The notes under the pieces: model-generated
What the model saw: the letters and a program-made list of their open reading frames with translations, nothing else
Told to the model about the DNA's origin: nothing
Database searches by the model: none
Origin: Felis catus
Lineage: Eukaryota
Assembly (NCBI RefSeq): GCF_018350175.1
Contig: NC_058368.1
Coordinates: 160,582,001 to 160,646,000, forward strand
Direction: 5' to 3'
Length of the DNA stretch: 64,000 nt
Translations under genes and position numbers: made by a program
In this document: positions 39,979 through 52,334 of the stretch, piece after piece
Position numbering within the stretch: the first letter of the stretch is position 1
Layout of the letters: each line of letters opens with the position of its first letter

Positions 39979-42112
39979 CAAAAATAACCTGGAAATGTAT
40001 GTCTTTCCAGTAAGAGTTACCTGAAATTTAAAGCAATGTTTTAGAAATGTGGGTCTTAATGTATTCTTCCAGTTAAAAAAGAGTTTTTTGGACCTTAAAT
40101 CTTTACCATACTGTGTTTTCTTTATTATTATTATTTTTGTAGCTATTTTCTTTTAAGTATTATATTTGTATATGTAGATTTTTATCATAGTGGCTAATGT
40201 AAATAATTTCCCGATTACTCTAACAGACCAAATAAATGTTTTGCTCTCATTACAGTCTTTTCATATCACAACTTTTTTCTCCTGAATTTTCAATACATGT
40301 GGCTATTAGTTGATGGAAATCATTTCATGCTCATTGAAAAGCAAAATACATTTAATGCTCATAGCAGTCAAAGAGCCACTGGAAATAGATCTCAATTTGC
40401 CTTTATAGCATCCATTTCTCTTTGTGAGTCAAAGAAGTCACACTGAGAGAAAAACAGGTGCTTGGAAGCCAGGAAGCCTGGAAGGCTCAGGAAATGTTAA
40501 GTGTTAAGAAATATTTTCTTTTTCTTGCTTGTTGCTCAGGTACAGCTTTCTCTCCATTTACCTTGTCAAATGCCTCTGTCTATCCACATCTTATGTCTCT
40601 AATTTCTTATAATTGCAAGACTGAGGATGAAATCCTAGTATGCTACAACCTATAGCTCAAGATTTATTAAGAAAAAAATTAGGTTGCTGAGCTGATTTTC
40701 TTCTGAAGTATTATAATTTTCTTTGTGAAAAGCAAATACCATTTTTCTGACAGGTCACTGGTTTCAAGTAATATTGTATTTAACCTAAGGATCCATCTCC
40801 TTTTAGAATGAAAAAAAAAACCTGTTAAATTATTCCTTATTTTGAAGAGGCAGAAACAAATCTTTGTTGAAACTCTTGTTTAAGAGAACATTAGGCAAAA
40901 ATAATGAAGAAAGTAAATGTGTTTTTCCTGTAAAATTGCTGTTACAATAATAATTAAAGTGGAATTATTATAGGGAAAGTTCAATCTGCCTATAAATATC
41001 AAGTGTCTTGTGAAACCATAATTATATACTATTCAGGTATATTTCAAACATAAAGAGGTCTAGTGAGTAAACCCCCAAAGAAGTGTTATTAAAAGGAATA
41101 ATGTTATCTTTCACGTACTAGAAATCAAAGAGCTGTTTCAAACAAAATAACATATATTCTTCCAGCTTCAAAACAGAATAATAACAAAAAGGATCTCAGA
41201 CAATTTGTCCAGCAAATATTTTCTTGTGGCTCAGCTGTGTTTGAAGCAGTTGAAAAGCAGTGACTAGTGAAAAGCAAAAAAAATGACCTATTTTAGAGTT
41301 ACAATTTGTTTTAAATAGTTCTTCAAAACCCATTTTATTTTGTTTAAATTTCTATTTCAGATTGATAAGTCATAATAACTTGTTATTGAAATACCTTAGC
41401 ATGGAAAATAAGAATGTTTGTTGCTTATTTTCTACATATCATGCCAATTTACCAAAAGAAATGCATCCATGCACACTGTCTGGTCTGATTTACTGAATGT
41501 TGATCATTTGTGAAACATAATTGGATCTAAAAGCCAAACAGTCACTGTGTAGGGGCAACTAGATTTAAAAATTGATTACTTAAGAGTAGGTCTTTGGGCA
41601 GGAATGTTTATTGAATGCTTCTATCTACAAATGATGATTTATAGGTATATTTATGTTTATTTAAATTTAAAAACATCTGTCTATATCTTCCTTGCATTAC
41701 CTTTATTGTTGTAAATATAAATCCAAGTCCAAACTAATATTTGTAATATTGATACTTATAATATTTTCTTGCTTTAGAAAGAGGACTTTAGTCTTCCTTT
41801 TCATAATTGAAAATGTCAGAGTAAAAAAAGGTGTTGGATTAGGTGTTAGGAAACCTGTGTTTAAGACTAGTTTGTCACAATTTCCTGGGACTCAGTCTGT
41901 CTGGGATTTAGTTTTCCTACCTCTGTAACCAAAGAAACGTCCAGTGTTCTCCTATTTTCACTCAAGGTGGAAAGCAAATGCTTGAGGTTATAGTGCTTAT
42001 ATCTTACCCTATTTACCAATGTCAAAACAAAATGTAGAGAATATTTTATTCTTCTTTTCCTTCTTTTTTTCTTTTCTCTAATTGTGTTTCCTTTAAGAAG
42101 ACGTGAATTTGA

Positions 42113-42300
42113 GGGGCGCCTGGGTGGTTCAGTCGGTTAAGCATCTGACTTTGGTTCAGGTCATGATTTCAAGGTTCATGAGTTGAAGCCCCATGTCAGT
42201 GTCTCTGCTGTCAGCACAGAGCCTACTTTGAATCCTCTGTTTCCTCTGCCTGCTCTCTCTCTCTTTCTCTCAAAATAAATAAATTAACTTAAAAAAAAAA
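42113..42300 (+). mobile_element. CAN-SINE
   Basis: Canonical head and A tail. Confidence 0.95.
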
Positions 42301-45090
42301 GCACATTTGAATTCACTTGGAAATCTCTAAGTCTCCTTGTCTTATGTGACTTCCAAACAAATAAGTAAAATCTGACTCTAATGCAGGATCACAGAGCTGA
42401 GAATTTAAGGAAGCAAAAACAAAAGCAATGTCATCATCCAATGGAGTAAATCTAATCTGTATACTTAGATGTGTCTTGAGCTAATATACCTTTCCCTTAA
42501 TTCCCAGGCCATTTCTGTATATGATTAATAAACAGTGATAATAATCATTAATGATTGAACTCTATGTTGTGGCACGTATGTTTTATCTCAGTCATAAGAG
42601 TCTAAAGAAATTGATTTCTGTCTATTTAACATTGTTGCAATTTAGTCATCTTTATGCAGGATTACAACCTTTCCTAAATTTACTGCATATCACTCTATTT
42701 ATGTATTTTTTTTCGGTATCATTTGACCACTTCTTAGTTATTTGATTTTTTAAAATTTATACATCGGTTATTTTAAACATAGTTTATTTGATAGTTAAAA
42801 TTTTCTAGTACATATTAACACAAATTCAAAACTATTGAGGTAAAAAAATGACCATTTATTAACTATGGCGAGTCTTCTGAGATGACTCCTGTGGTACATG
42901 TACTGCATTATGGGAAACTCTTTAATGTTCACTTAAAAGACAGTTTCTTGATAATTTCTTTTAGGAGATAAAAATGACATCTCTCACAAGGGATGAGAAC
43001 TTTAGGTTCTTTCAGCTTTCAGAGATTCCATATTTTATTTTTTAATCATACTGGGGAAAAAACCTTCCCTCACTTCTATAGGTGTGAGATACAGTTGTTG
43101 ATTTTTTTTCCCCTGATTTGGACATACATTAAAAAGATACGACAGAATGTATTAAGTACTGAAATTTCTAAGTGGAAAAGATGAAATAAACATTGTTTCA
43201 AGGAAATGAAAAGGATTTTGCAGTTATGTTGATGAAGCATAGTGAAGAGTGACAGGGAGCATGAGGAGTATTTCATTCATAAAGAGATGGAGTTTAGTTA
43301 TCAGGGAGGAAAACCACAATAAACCTAAACTCTTTGCAACAGAAAGGGTACTTCCTAAGGAAAGGGCATAGTTAAGACATTAGGCAAAACATAAATAAAT
43401 AACTAATGCTAAAGAAAAGTTCTTGAACTAGGCTAATAATTCTAACTACTATACCAAATTTCATGTTTTCTGAATTTAGCATTTAATAATATTCTTTTCA
43501 ATTCAAAGCATCACCTTTAAATATCTAGAGTTTTGTTTTTATATTTCAAATTTATATTATACTTATATTTTAGAAGCAATGATTTTATTTAAATGTTTTT
43601 TTAAGAATTGAAATAATACCCTGTCTTCATTAAAAATTTTAATCTCCTATAATTTGACATACCAGACACATTTATTTAGATTTTCTGTAAAAAATAATAT
43701 ATTCAGGTTCACAAATAATTTGAAATATTTGCATGTTAAAGGCAAACTACTATTTTCTTAATATTATTTCCCATATTTATTACCTGTAGTCAAAATTGAA
43801 ATGTTATCTACTTGTGAAATACATGCAGAAAAATATCACTGAGATGGAAATGATTGACCCCCTCGGCCTTTTTTCTACCTTCTAAGATTCTCTCTCACCA
43901 TATTTCCTTATTACATGCCTCAGGTCCCTAGAATATTGAAATTTCATTACTCCTCTGCCATGTTCAATTTTTTGAGTTGTACTTTGACAAATATCATTTC
44001 CCTCTGCCCCAAAAGACTGACTCCCATTTCTTCGCATATACTCATAGTCATTCTTCCAGAATTAGTTCAAACCTTTGTGAACTGTATCCTACTTGTAAAT
44101 GCAGAGATTTTTGCTTGTTTTCAATATCTTGTGTTTCCATAAAATTATGTTCATATTCAGAAATGGCAATTATTTTGTGTTGAGATTTTTCTATTTGCAT
44201 TTCGGGGTCTCTCATTTGTGCAGACTAAGGTAGAGATAGCATCCTATTCATCTTGCATCACCCAGCTGGCACAATTCCTGAATTTTAATCTGCATTCACT
44301 AAATGTGTTGAAAGGATGATTAAATAAGTCACACCTATGCAATACTACAGAAAGCAGTCAAGGTTTTACTCACTGAAAACAGAAGTTAGGCAGATGATGC
44401 TGACTGAATTTTTCTTTTACACTTGAATATTTGGACACCATAAAGACATTGAATTAGAGGGGAGGAGAAATTACTAGGAGCAATAAAATTTTTTATTTCT
44501 TGGACAGATTTATCTTGCAGTAGTGTGGAAAATAGACTAGAAACAAGAAAAGGATTGGCATAAGAAATAAGTGAGAAAGCTATAACAATAATATAATTAT
44601 GAAAAAATGCTGAAGAAGTAAACTTGAGCAGGAAAATGTAAAATATTTTTGAGGTAGGAAAACAGTATTTAGGGATAACTGGTTATATTCAAATGGCGAT
44701 AGAGTGGTTTCAGATGGCAAGGTTTATTGTTTGGATGACATTCATAAAAATATGAAGTGAAGGAGAATGAAATGATTTTATCTGTTCTGTTTATAGTTTG
44801 GGAGATGAGAGTAAGGGATATAATTACTTAAGTTTTCAACATATTGTCATTGGAGTCCTTATGGACAATTTAGGTAGAGACAGCCAGAAGTGAATACTTT
44901 TAACGAATATGTTCTCGATGATTGTCGTTTTAACAAGTGTTAGGTGATATTTCACTGTAGTTTTGATTTACATTTTTCTGATGATTAGTGATGTTGAACA
45001 TGCTTTCATGTACCTGTGGGATCTTTGGATGTCTTCTCTGAAGAATGTCTATTTAGCTCCTCTGCCCATTTTTAAAATTGGAATTTTTTT

Positions 45091-46525
45091 TTTTTGATGA
45101 AAATATTTTTTTTTCAGGCGCCCCCTATATTTTTATTTTTTATATGAAATTTATTGACAAATTGGTTTCCATACAACACCCAGTGCTCATCCCAAAAGGT
45201 GCCCTCCTCAATACCCATCACCCACCCTCTCCTCCCTCCCACCCCCCATCAACCCTCAGTTTGTTCTCAGTTTTTAACAGTCTCTTATGCTTTGGCTCTC
45301 TCCCACTCTAACCTGTTTTTTTTTTTTTTTCCTTCCCCTCCCCCATGGGTTCCTGTTAAGTTTCTCAGGATCCACATAAGAGTGAAACCATATGGTATCT
45401 GTCTTTCTCTGTATGGCTTATTTCACTTAGCATCACACTCTCCAGTTCCATCCACGTTGCTACAAAAGGCCATATTTCATTTTTTCTCATTGCCATGTAA
45501 TATTCCATTGTGTATATAAACCACAATTTCTTTATCCATTCATCAGTTGATGGACATTTAGGCTCTTTCCATAATTTGGCTATTGTTGAGAGTGCTGCTA
45601 TGAACATTGGGGTACAAGTGGCCCTATGCATCAGTACTCCTGTATCCCTTGGGTAAATTCCTAGCAGTGCTATTGCTGGGTCATAGGGTAGGTCTATTTT
45701 TAATTTTCTGAGGAACCTCCACACTGCTTTCCAGAGCTGCTGCACCAATTTGCATTCCCACCAACAGTGCAAGAGGGTTCCCGTTTCTCCACATCCTCTC
45801 CAGCATCTATACTCCCCTGATTTGTTCATTTTGGCCACTCTGACTGGCGTGAGGTGATACCTGAGTGTGGTTTTGATTTGTATTTCCCTGATAAGGAGCG
45901 ACGCTGAACATCTTTTCATGTGCCTGTTGGCCATCCGGATGTCTTCTTTAGAGAAGTGTCTATTCATGTTTTCTGCCCATTTCTTCACTGGGTTATTTGT
46001 TTTTCGGGTGTGGACTTTGGTGAGCTTTTTATAGATTTTGGATACTAGCCCTTTGTCTGATATGTCATTTGCGAATATCTTTTCCCATTCTGTTGGTTGT
46101 CTTTTAGTTTTGTTGGTTGTTTCCTTTGCTGTGCAGAAGCTTTTTATCTTCATAAGGTCCCAGTAATTCACTTTTGCTTTTAATTCCCTTGCCTTTGGGG
46201 ATGTGTCGAGTAAGAGATTGCTACGGCTGAGGTCAGAGAGGTCTTTTCCTGCTTTCTCCTCTAAGGTTTTGATGGTTTCCTGTCTCACATTTAGGTCCTT
46301 TATCCATTTTGAGTTTATTTTTGTGAATGGTGTGAGAGAGTGGTCTAGTTTCAACCTTCTGCATGTTGCTGTCCAGTTCTCCTAGCACCATTTGTTAAAG
46401 AGACTGTCTTTTTTCCATTGGATGTTCTTTCCTGCTTTGTCAAAGATGAGTTGGCCATACGTTTGTGGGTCTAGTTCTGGGGTTTCTATTCTATTCCATT
46501 GGTCTATTTGTCTGTTTTTGTGCCA
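45091..46525 (-). mobile_element. Young felid L1 (L1_Fc-like), 5'-truncated, ~1.4 kb
   Basis: ORF 45365..46354 is the L1 ORF2 C-terminus ([20 protein letters not shown] cysteine-rich domain); felid-type 3'UTR; TSD TGGAATTTTTTT at 45079-45090 and 46526-46537; nonsense codon KWC*ENW at ~46383. Confidence 0.97.
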
Positions 46526-46668
46526 TGGAATTTTTTTAAAAAGTACAAAATTTTTAATATATTTTAAATGTGATATATGGTTTGAAAATTTTTTTCTTTA
46601 GAAATTCTGCAGGTTTCATTTTCATTTTGTTTTGCTGTGAAGAAGCCTTTACATTTAATGTAGTCCAT

Positions 46669-46858
46669 GGGGCTCCTGGGTGGCTCAGCTGGTTAAGCAT
46701 CTGACTTCAACTCAGGTCATGATCTCAAGGTCCATGAGTTTGAGTCCTGCATCAGGCTCTGTGCTGACTGCTCAGAACCTGGAGCCTGCTTTGGATTCTG
46801 TGTCTCCATCTCTCTCTGCCCCTACCCACTCATGCTCTGTCTCAAAATGAATAAAAAT
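46669..46858 (+). mobile_element. CAN-SINE
   Basis: Canonical; degenerate TSD ATTTAATGTAGTC / ATTTAATATGGTC. Confidence 0.95.
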
Positions 46859-47043
46859 TTTTATTTTTTTAAATTTAATATGGTCTCACTTGTCTAATTT
46901 TGCTTTTGTTGCCTGTGCTTTTGGTGTTGTATTCATAAAATCATTGGCAGGACTAAAGCTTCTCTATGAAGCTTTTCCATTACATTTTATTTTTGGAATT
47001 TTATAGTTTTCAAGTCATATATTAGCCTATAATCCATTTTGAA

Positions 47044-47094
47044 TTTTTTTTTTTTTGTTTTTTTGTATGAGAGAGAGTGAGCGAGCAGGGAGGG

Positions 47095-47135
<41 letters not shown>

Positions 47136-47245
47136 CAAACGGGCTCTGCAGTGATGGTGCAGGGCTTGAACCCATCAACTATGAGATCATGATCTGAGCC
47201 AAAATCAAGAGTCCATGCTTAACCAATTGAGCCATTCAGGGGCCT
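47044..47245 (-). mobile_element. CAN-SINE
   Basis: Antisense body with (GA)n. Confidence 0.93.
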
Positions 47246-47430
47246 GCTGAGTTGTTTTTTTGTGAATGGTATAAAATAGGGGTCCAGTTTCATTCTTTTG
47301 CATGTGGAAAGCTAATTTTTCCAGCACCATTTGTTGAAGAAGGTATCCTTTCCTAATTTGTATTTGTTGCACCCTTGTCAAAGATCAGTTCACCATGTAT
47401 GCATGGATTTATTTCTGGGTTCTCTATTCT

Positions 47431-47515
47431 GTTCCATTCCATTCCATTCCATTCCATTCCATTCCATTCCACTCCACTCCACTCCACTCCACTCCACTCC
47501 ACTCCATTCCATTCC
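47431..47515. repeat. (ATTCC)n(ACTCC)n pentanucleotide repeat inside L1
   Basis: Directly visible. Confidence 0.95.
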
Positions 47516-48619
47516 TCCATGTATCTGTTTTTATAGCAGTATTGTACTGTTCTGATTACTATAGTTTTCTAGTATATTTTGAAATGAGAAAGTGTGATGT
47601 CTCCAGCTTTGTTTTTCTTTGTCAGGATTGATAGTTATTTATGATCTTCTGTGGTTCCACTTGAATTATAGAATTATTTTTTTCTATTTTTGAAAAAAAT
47701 ACCATTGGTATTTTTAATAGGGATTTTCATTGAATCTATAGATTGCTTTGAGTGGTAAGGACATTTTAACAATATTAACTTGTCCAATCCATACAAACAA
47801 GATGATTTTCCATGTGTTTGTCTAGTTTAATTGCTTTGATCAGTGTTTTGTACTGTTTGGTATACAAGTCTTTCACCTTCTTAGTTAAGTTTCTTCCTAA
47901 GCATTTTATTCTTTCTGGTGCTACTGTAAATGGGATTGTCTTCCTAATTTCTTATTCAAATAGTTCATTGTTAGTGTATAGAAACACAACTGATTTTTGT
48001 ATGTTTATTTTGTATCCTGCAACTTTACTAAATTTGTTTATTTGTCCTAACAGTTTTTAGTGGAATCTTTAAGGTTTTCTGTATATAAGATCATGTCATC
48101 TACAAACAGGGACAATTTTATTTGTCAAATTTCCTTTCAATTTGAATGCTTTTTATTTATTTTTTTTCTTGCCTAATTACTTTGGCTAGGACTTCCAGTA
48201 CTTCATTCAGTAGAAATGGTGAGATTGGGCATCCTTGCTTTGTTATCGATTTTAGAGGAAAAGCTTTAAATTTAGCTGTGGGTTTGTCATGTATTGGCTT
48301 TATTGCAATGAAGTATGTTTCATTTATGATGCATTTTAAAAATCTAACAGTATATTAAACAGGCAATTGGATACAGGTAAAAATTAAACACTAGGGTAAC
48401 ACATTTTGGAGGTATAAGCAAATATTTAAAGCAATTGGGTGGGCTGAGAAACAATCAGAAAAGAGTAGCAAGGAGGATCCCTTATTATAATGTGGTGGGC
48501 TAAATAATTTGAGCTAAACCTTGTTGAGGTCATTTGGAAAAGATGGACAAAAACATTTGTAAAATCTGTTTAAAGTCAGTGAGGAGTAAAGAAGTCAATG
48601 AAGAATGATGGGGGCATGA

Positions 48620-49384
48620 ACAAAAGTAAATCAAAATGTAAACTAAATGAAAATGCAAGTACACTAGATCATGAATTTTGAAATACAGATAAAGCAGTAC
48701 TTAGAGGAAAACCTAAGGCATTAAATGCTACATATTAGAAAAGAAGAAAGGTCTAAAATCAATTACCTCAACTTCCAAATTAAGAAACTAGAAAGTGAAA
48801 TAAAGTTAAACCTAAAGTAATCAAAGAAAATAATTAAAATGGAAATAAACAAGACAGGAAACTACAAACAAACAAACAAAAAACAATGAAATACTTAACA
48901 AACCCGAAAGTAGACTCTTTGAAATTGAAATTATCAATGAAATTAATCAGTCTACAGTATCTGATCAGAATACCAATATCAGAAATGAAACAGGTGACAT
49001 TGTTAATTCTAATGATATTGAAAGGATAAGAAGGGTATACTGGAAGGAATTTTATGCCAGTAATTTTGACATTGATAAAATAGACAAAGATAAATGGACA
49101 AATTCTGACATAAAATTTCATCATTCTGGAAGAAACAGCACTAATAGCTTCATAATGAGTAACTACTAATTTGTAATTAAAAACATTCCTACAATTAAAA
49201 ATTCCAGGGTAAATTTGCTTTATTGGGAAAGTCTACCTAACATTTAAGAAAAAAGTAATGTGACTTTTCACACAAACTGTTGCAGTAAATTGAAGACAAA
49301 GGAATACTTCTCAATTTCTATCATGAGGCCAACATTACCTAATACCCAACTTGATACGGATATTAAGAAAAAAGACAACTAGGG
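48620..49384 (+). mobile_element. Old L1M ORF2 fragment
   Basis: AAAGCAGTACTTAGAGGAAA encodes KAVLRG; ATTAGAAAAGAAGAAAGGTCTAAAATCAAT; CATGAGGCCAACATTACC resembles YEASIT. Confidence 0.85.
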
Positions 49385-49928
49385 AATAACGTGAGGTTGT
49401 CTGTTTCCCCCAACTGGAGCGTAATGGTGCAGGTGTGTGGGTTGGTGAGACAGGATAACAAGAACCGGTGAATCAAAGTTCCACATTTGGAAGCAGTCAT
49501 GGTTGGGCATGGCCCAGAGATCAATATTATTGACAAGAAATATAGCAAGTGCAGTTGAAAGCAGAGTGTAACAAAGGATATGTCAAGGTAAAGCAGGTAG
49601 GGGTCAATCCCACAAGCATGGACTCAGTCATATTTGGGAAGGACCAAGAGATGAAGTTTCAGCCCGCTAGGTTCCCCACATGGTGAAGGAACTTTATTGA
49701 TATTCTGTAGCATTTGAGGAAGAGGCAGAGAGCCCTGGCCTGGAAACACACAAGAAGAGAAAAAGGTCAGGCAACAACGATTCTATAGAAATTGATGCTG
49801 CCCAGGAAGCTGAGTACTGCATAGGACTGGAACCTGGGCGTGACCCTAGCCAATGCCTTATAACCCCAAAGAAGGGGAAAGGAGCATCTGCCAAAAAGGA
49901 ATGATTGGGTCACTGGAGCCAAGGCTTG
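49385..49928 (+). pseudogene. APTX: Aprataxin processed pseudogene, 5' half (FHA domain and linker)
   Basis: Manual translation with 2 frameshifts: [51 protein letters not shown]../[123 protein letters not shown], colinear with mammalian APTX; no introns; stops at 49469, ~49668, 49698 and 49902. Confidence 0.96.
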
Positions 49929-49959
49929 GAACTTTATTTTTATGTTTTAATTTTAGAGA

Positions 49960-50460
49960 GCACCAAGATGTCCTTCATTAAGGAACGGAAAAATAAACTG
50001 TGGCACCCCCAGACAACAGAATATTATTAGTGCTAAAAGGAAATGAACTCTCAAGACATGAAAAGACATAGAGGAATCTTAAACGCATATTACTAAGTTA
50101 AATAAACCAATTTGAAAGGCTACTGTATAGTTATAACTAGATGACATTCTGTAAAAGTAGTAACTGGAGATAGTACGAAGATCAGAGATTGCCAGAGGTT
50201 GGGGAGGGAGGGAGGAATAGGCAGAGCACAGAGGATTTTTTAGTGCACTGAAACTATTATGTTTGATACTTTAATGGTTGGTACATGTAATTATACATTT
50301 GTGCAAACTCATAGAATGTGCAAGGCTAAGAGAGAGCCCCGATGAATACTATGGATTTTGGATGATAAAAATGTGTCAATGTTGTTTTATTAATTGTGAT
50401 AAATGTAACATTCAGGTGTAAGATATTGATAGCAGTAAAGGCTGTGCATGCATGCTTCAA
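49960..50460 (+). mobile_element. L1MC-like 3' end
   Basis: CCAAGATGTCCTTCA..AAATAAACTGTGG..AAATGAACTCTCAAGACATGAAAAGACA..TTATACATTTGT. Confidence 0.85.
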
Positions 50461-50850
50461 TAAGGTAGGCAAGTATAACCTAGAGAACAACATTGCATGA
50501 AAGGGAAAATATAAGCTAGTATCTTTCATGTTTCAATTTATTATATTTTATTTTTTTACAGTTTAAAGAAAGGAAATACCTTCTTCAATGGGAAAACTCA
50601 ATATTGTAAAAATGTCTCTTCACCCCAAATTGATCTATAGATTCAGTACCGTCTTATGTCAAATGCAAATGTAATTTATTGGAAATTTACAAACCAATTT
50701 ATATGAATACATGAGACCAAAATTAGCCAGCCTCAACTTGAAGAAGAATATGACAGTACAGGATCCACGGTATATCAAAACTTACTGTAAAATTACAGCA
50801 ATATAATCAGTGCTATATTTCTGTAAGAATAGTCAAATAGACCAGTGGAA
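50460..50850 (+). mobile_element. Old L1 ORF2 fragments
   Basis: AAACTCAATATTGTAAAAATGTC..CCCAAATTGATCTATAGATTCA encodes LNIVKMS..PKLIYRF. Confidence 0.75.
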
Positions 50851-51988
50851 GTGAGCCCTATGATTTGTGTAAGTCAGCTTTGACAATTCTACCTTGCTTT
50901 TCAAACCCATAAATCTTTAGGGCTATGGTACATGTTTTAAGAGTGGAAGGGGAGCAAAAGTACTAGGATTTTTTAATGGAGGGATGATGCTTTCTTTATC
51001 CTTGGTATTAATTGGCAAAAGCCTGGAGACAGAATATGAATAACAAATCTTACCATGCTATTTAAAGGAAATAGATTTAGACCTAAAGGAATTAACTAAG
51101 TGAATAGAATGAGAATGTGAAGCAGAAGAACAATTAACATCAGCTTTGGTGAAAACTGGACCTTTAAAGGAGAATAAACAAGAATATTAACAGATAATGA
51201 ATTAAGATCAGATTTTCTGGTTGCTGAAAGTCTTCCACTGCTTCAGTGGCCACTTTAACCCACATATTTACTGGAAAGTAAATCACTTATAACCACTGAT
51301 TTCCTGCAGGCTGTGGAATCCAGAGGGTATTCTGTTAGAGGCCATTTTGTGAAGAAAACAGTGGAAGACTAATCCTTGCCAGCATGAATTCTCAGAACAA
51401 ACCAGTTTGGGGAGGGTGGGTCACATCACTAATACTAGATAATGCTGATTTAAAGGGATTATTTGGGTTGTGGATTGATCCTAAGTGGCTGCAAGCTTTT
51501 TTGAGCAGGCCATTATGGGAGATATGAAAACTAATCTGTGCCAGTGGGTTTCCACACTTACCCAAGAGGGGAAACTGTCCTTCCCCATATCTAGCAACTA
51601 GAATCCATTTTCTGAAGAAGTAGAAGTATCATAGTTGCTGGTACCCCCAAATTGGCTGCATGATCTTAAGGATACATGTCTAAACTAAGGTTGTTAACAC
51701 GGACCATGATAGATGCTGTCATAAAGCTCCCTGCTTCTCCACCAATTTTGGGATCCTTGTGTCGGTAACTCTGCTAATAAGTGTCAAGAAAATATTCAAG
51801 AGGCAGAAACTCATTTGCTAGTTTAGTTATTCTGCCTGAAAGAAAGGAGTGTGTATGATAGGAATATTTACTATTCAGACAGTGAAGACGTTAAAAAGTT
51901 ATTGAAAACTAAAAAGCGAAAATTAATTGTGTTGCCAATAGAAAGCACTTTATCAGATTCAGGACATAAGAGAGAGGTTTCTTCCAAC

Positions 51989-52334
51989 TGTAGCCATCAG
52001 TTCGGTGGCTATAACACATCACCATAGCCCGAGTAGCTTAGAAAACAGACATATATTTCTCATATTTTGGGAGCCTAGAAAGTTCAAGATCAAAGTTCCT
52101 GGTAAGGGCTTTCTTCCTGATTTATAGACAGCTGCCTTGTTTTATTATCACATGGGGAGAGAGAGAAGAAGCAAAAGCCTCTGTCTTATTAGGGCACTAA
52201 TCCCATCATGAGGACTCTACTCTTATGACCTATTACCTTCCAAAGACCCATCTTCCAAAGACCCAGCTGTAAAACTGGGAATTAGGGTTTCAGCATATGA
52301 ATTTTGGGATGACACAAGCATTCAGTCCATAGTA
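51989..52334 (-). mobile_element. MaLR solo LTR (MLT1A-like) nested in the ERV
   Basis: Ends CATTCAGTCCATAGTA; AAGTTCAAGATCAAAG motif; flanking direct repeat TCCAAC at 51983-51988 and 52335-52340. Confidence 0.88.

Larger units (their letters stand above)
44900..48350 (-). mobile_element. Older L1 (L1MA/L1_Carn-type) ORF2 region hosting nested insertions
   Basis: Antisense ORF2 (GATGATTAGTGATGTTGAACA; CCAGCACCATTTGTTGAAGA; GAATCTATAGATTGCTTTG) interrupted by a young L1 and two SINEs. Confidence 0.9.

Noticed and set aside
45365..46354. 329-aa ORF as a host gene
   Set aside because: It is the L1 ORF2 C-terminus of a 5'-truncated element with no promoter, EN or RT domain
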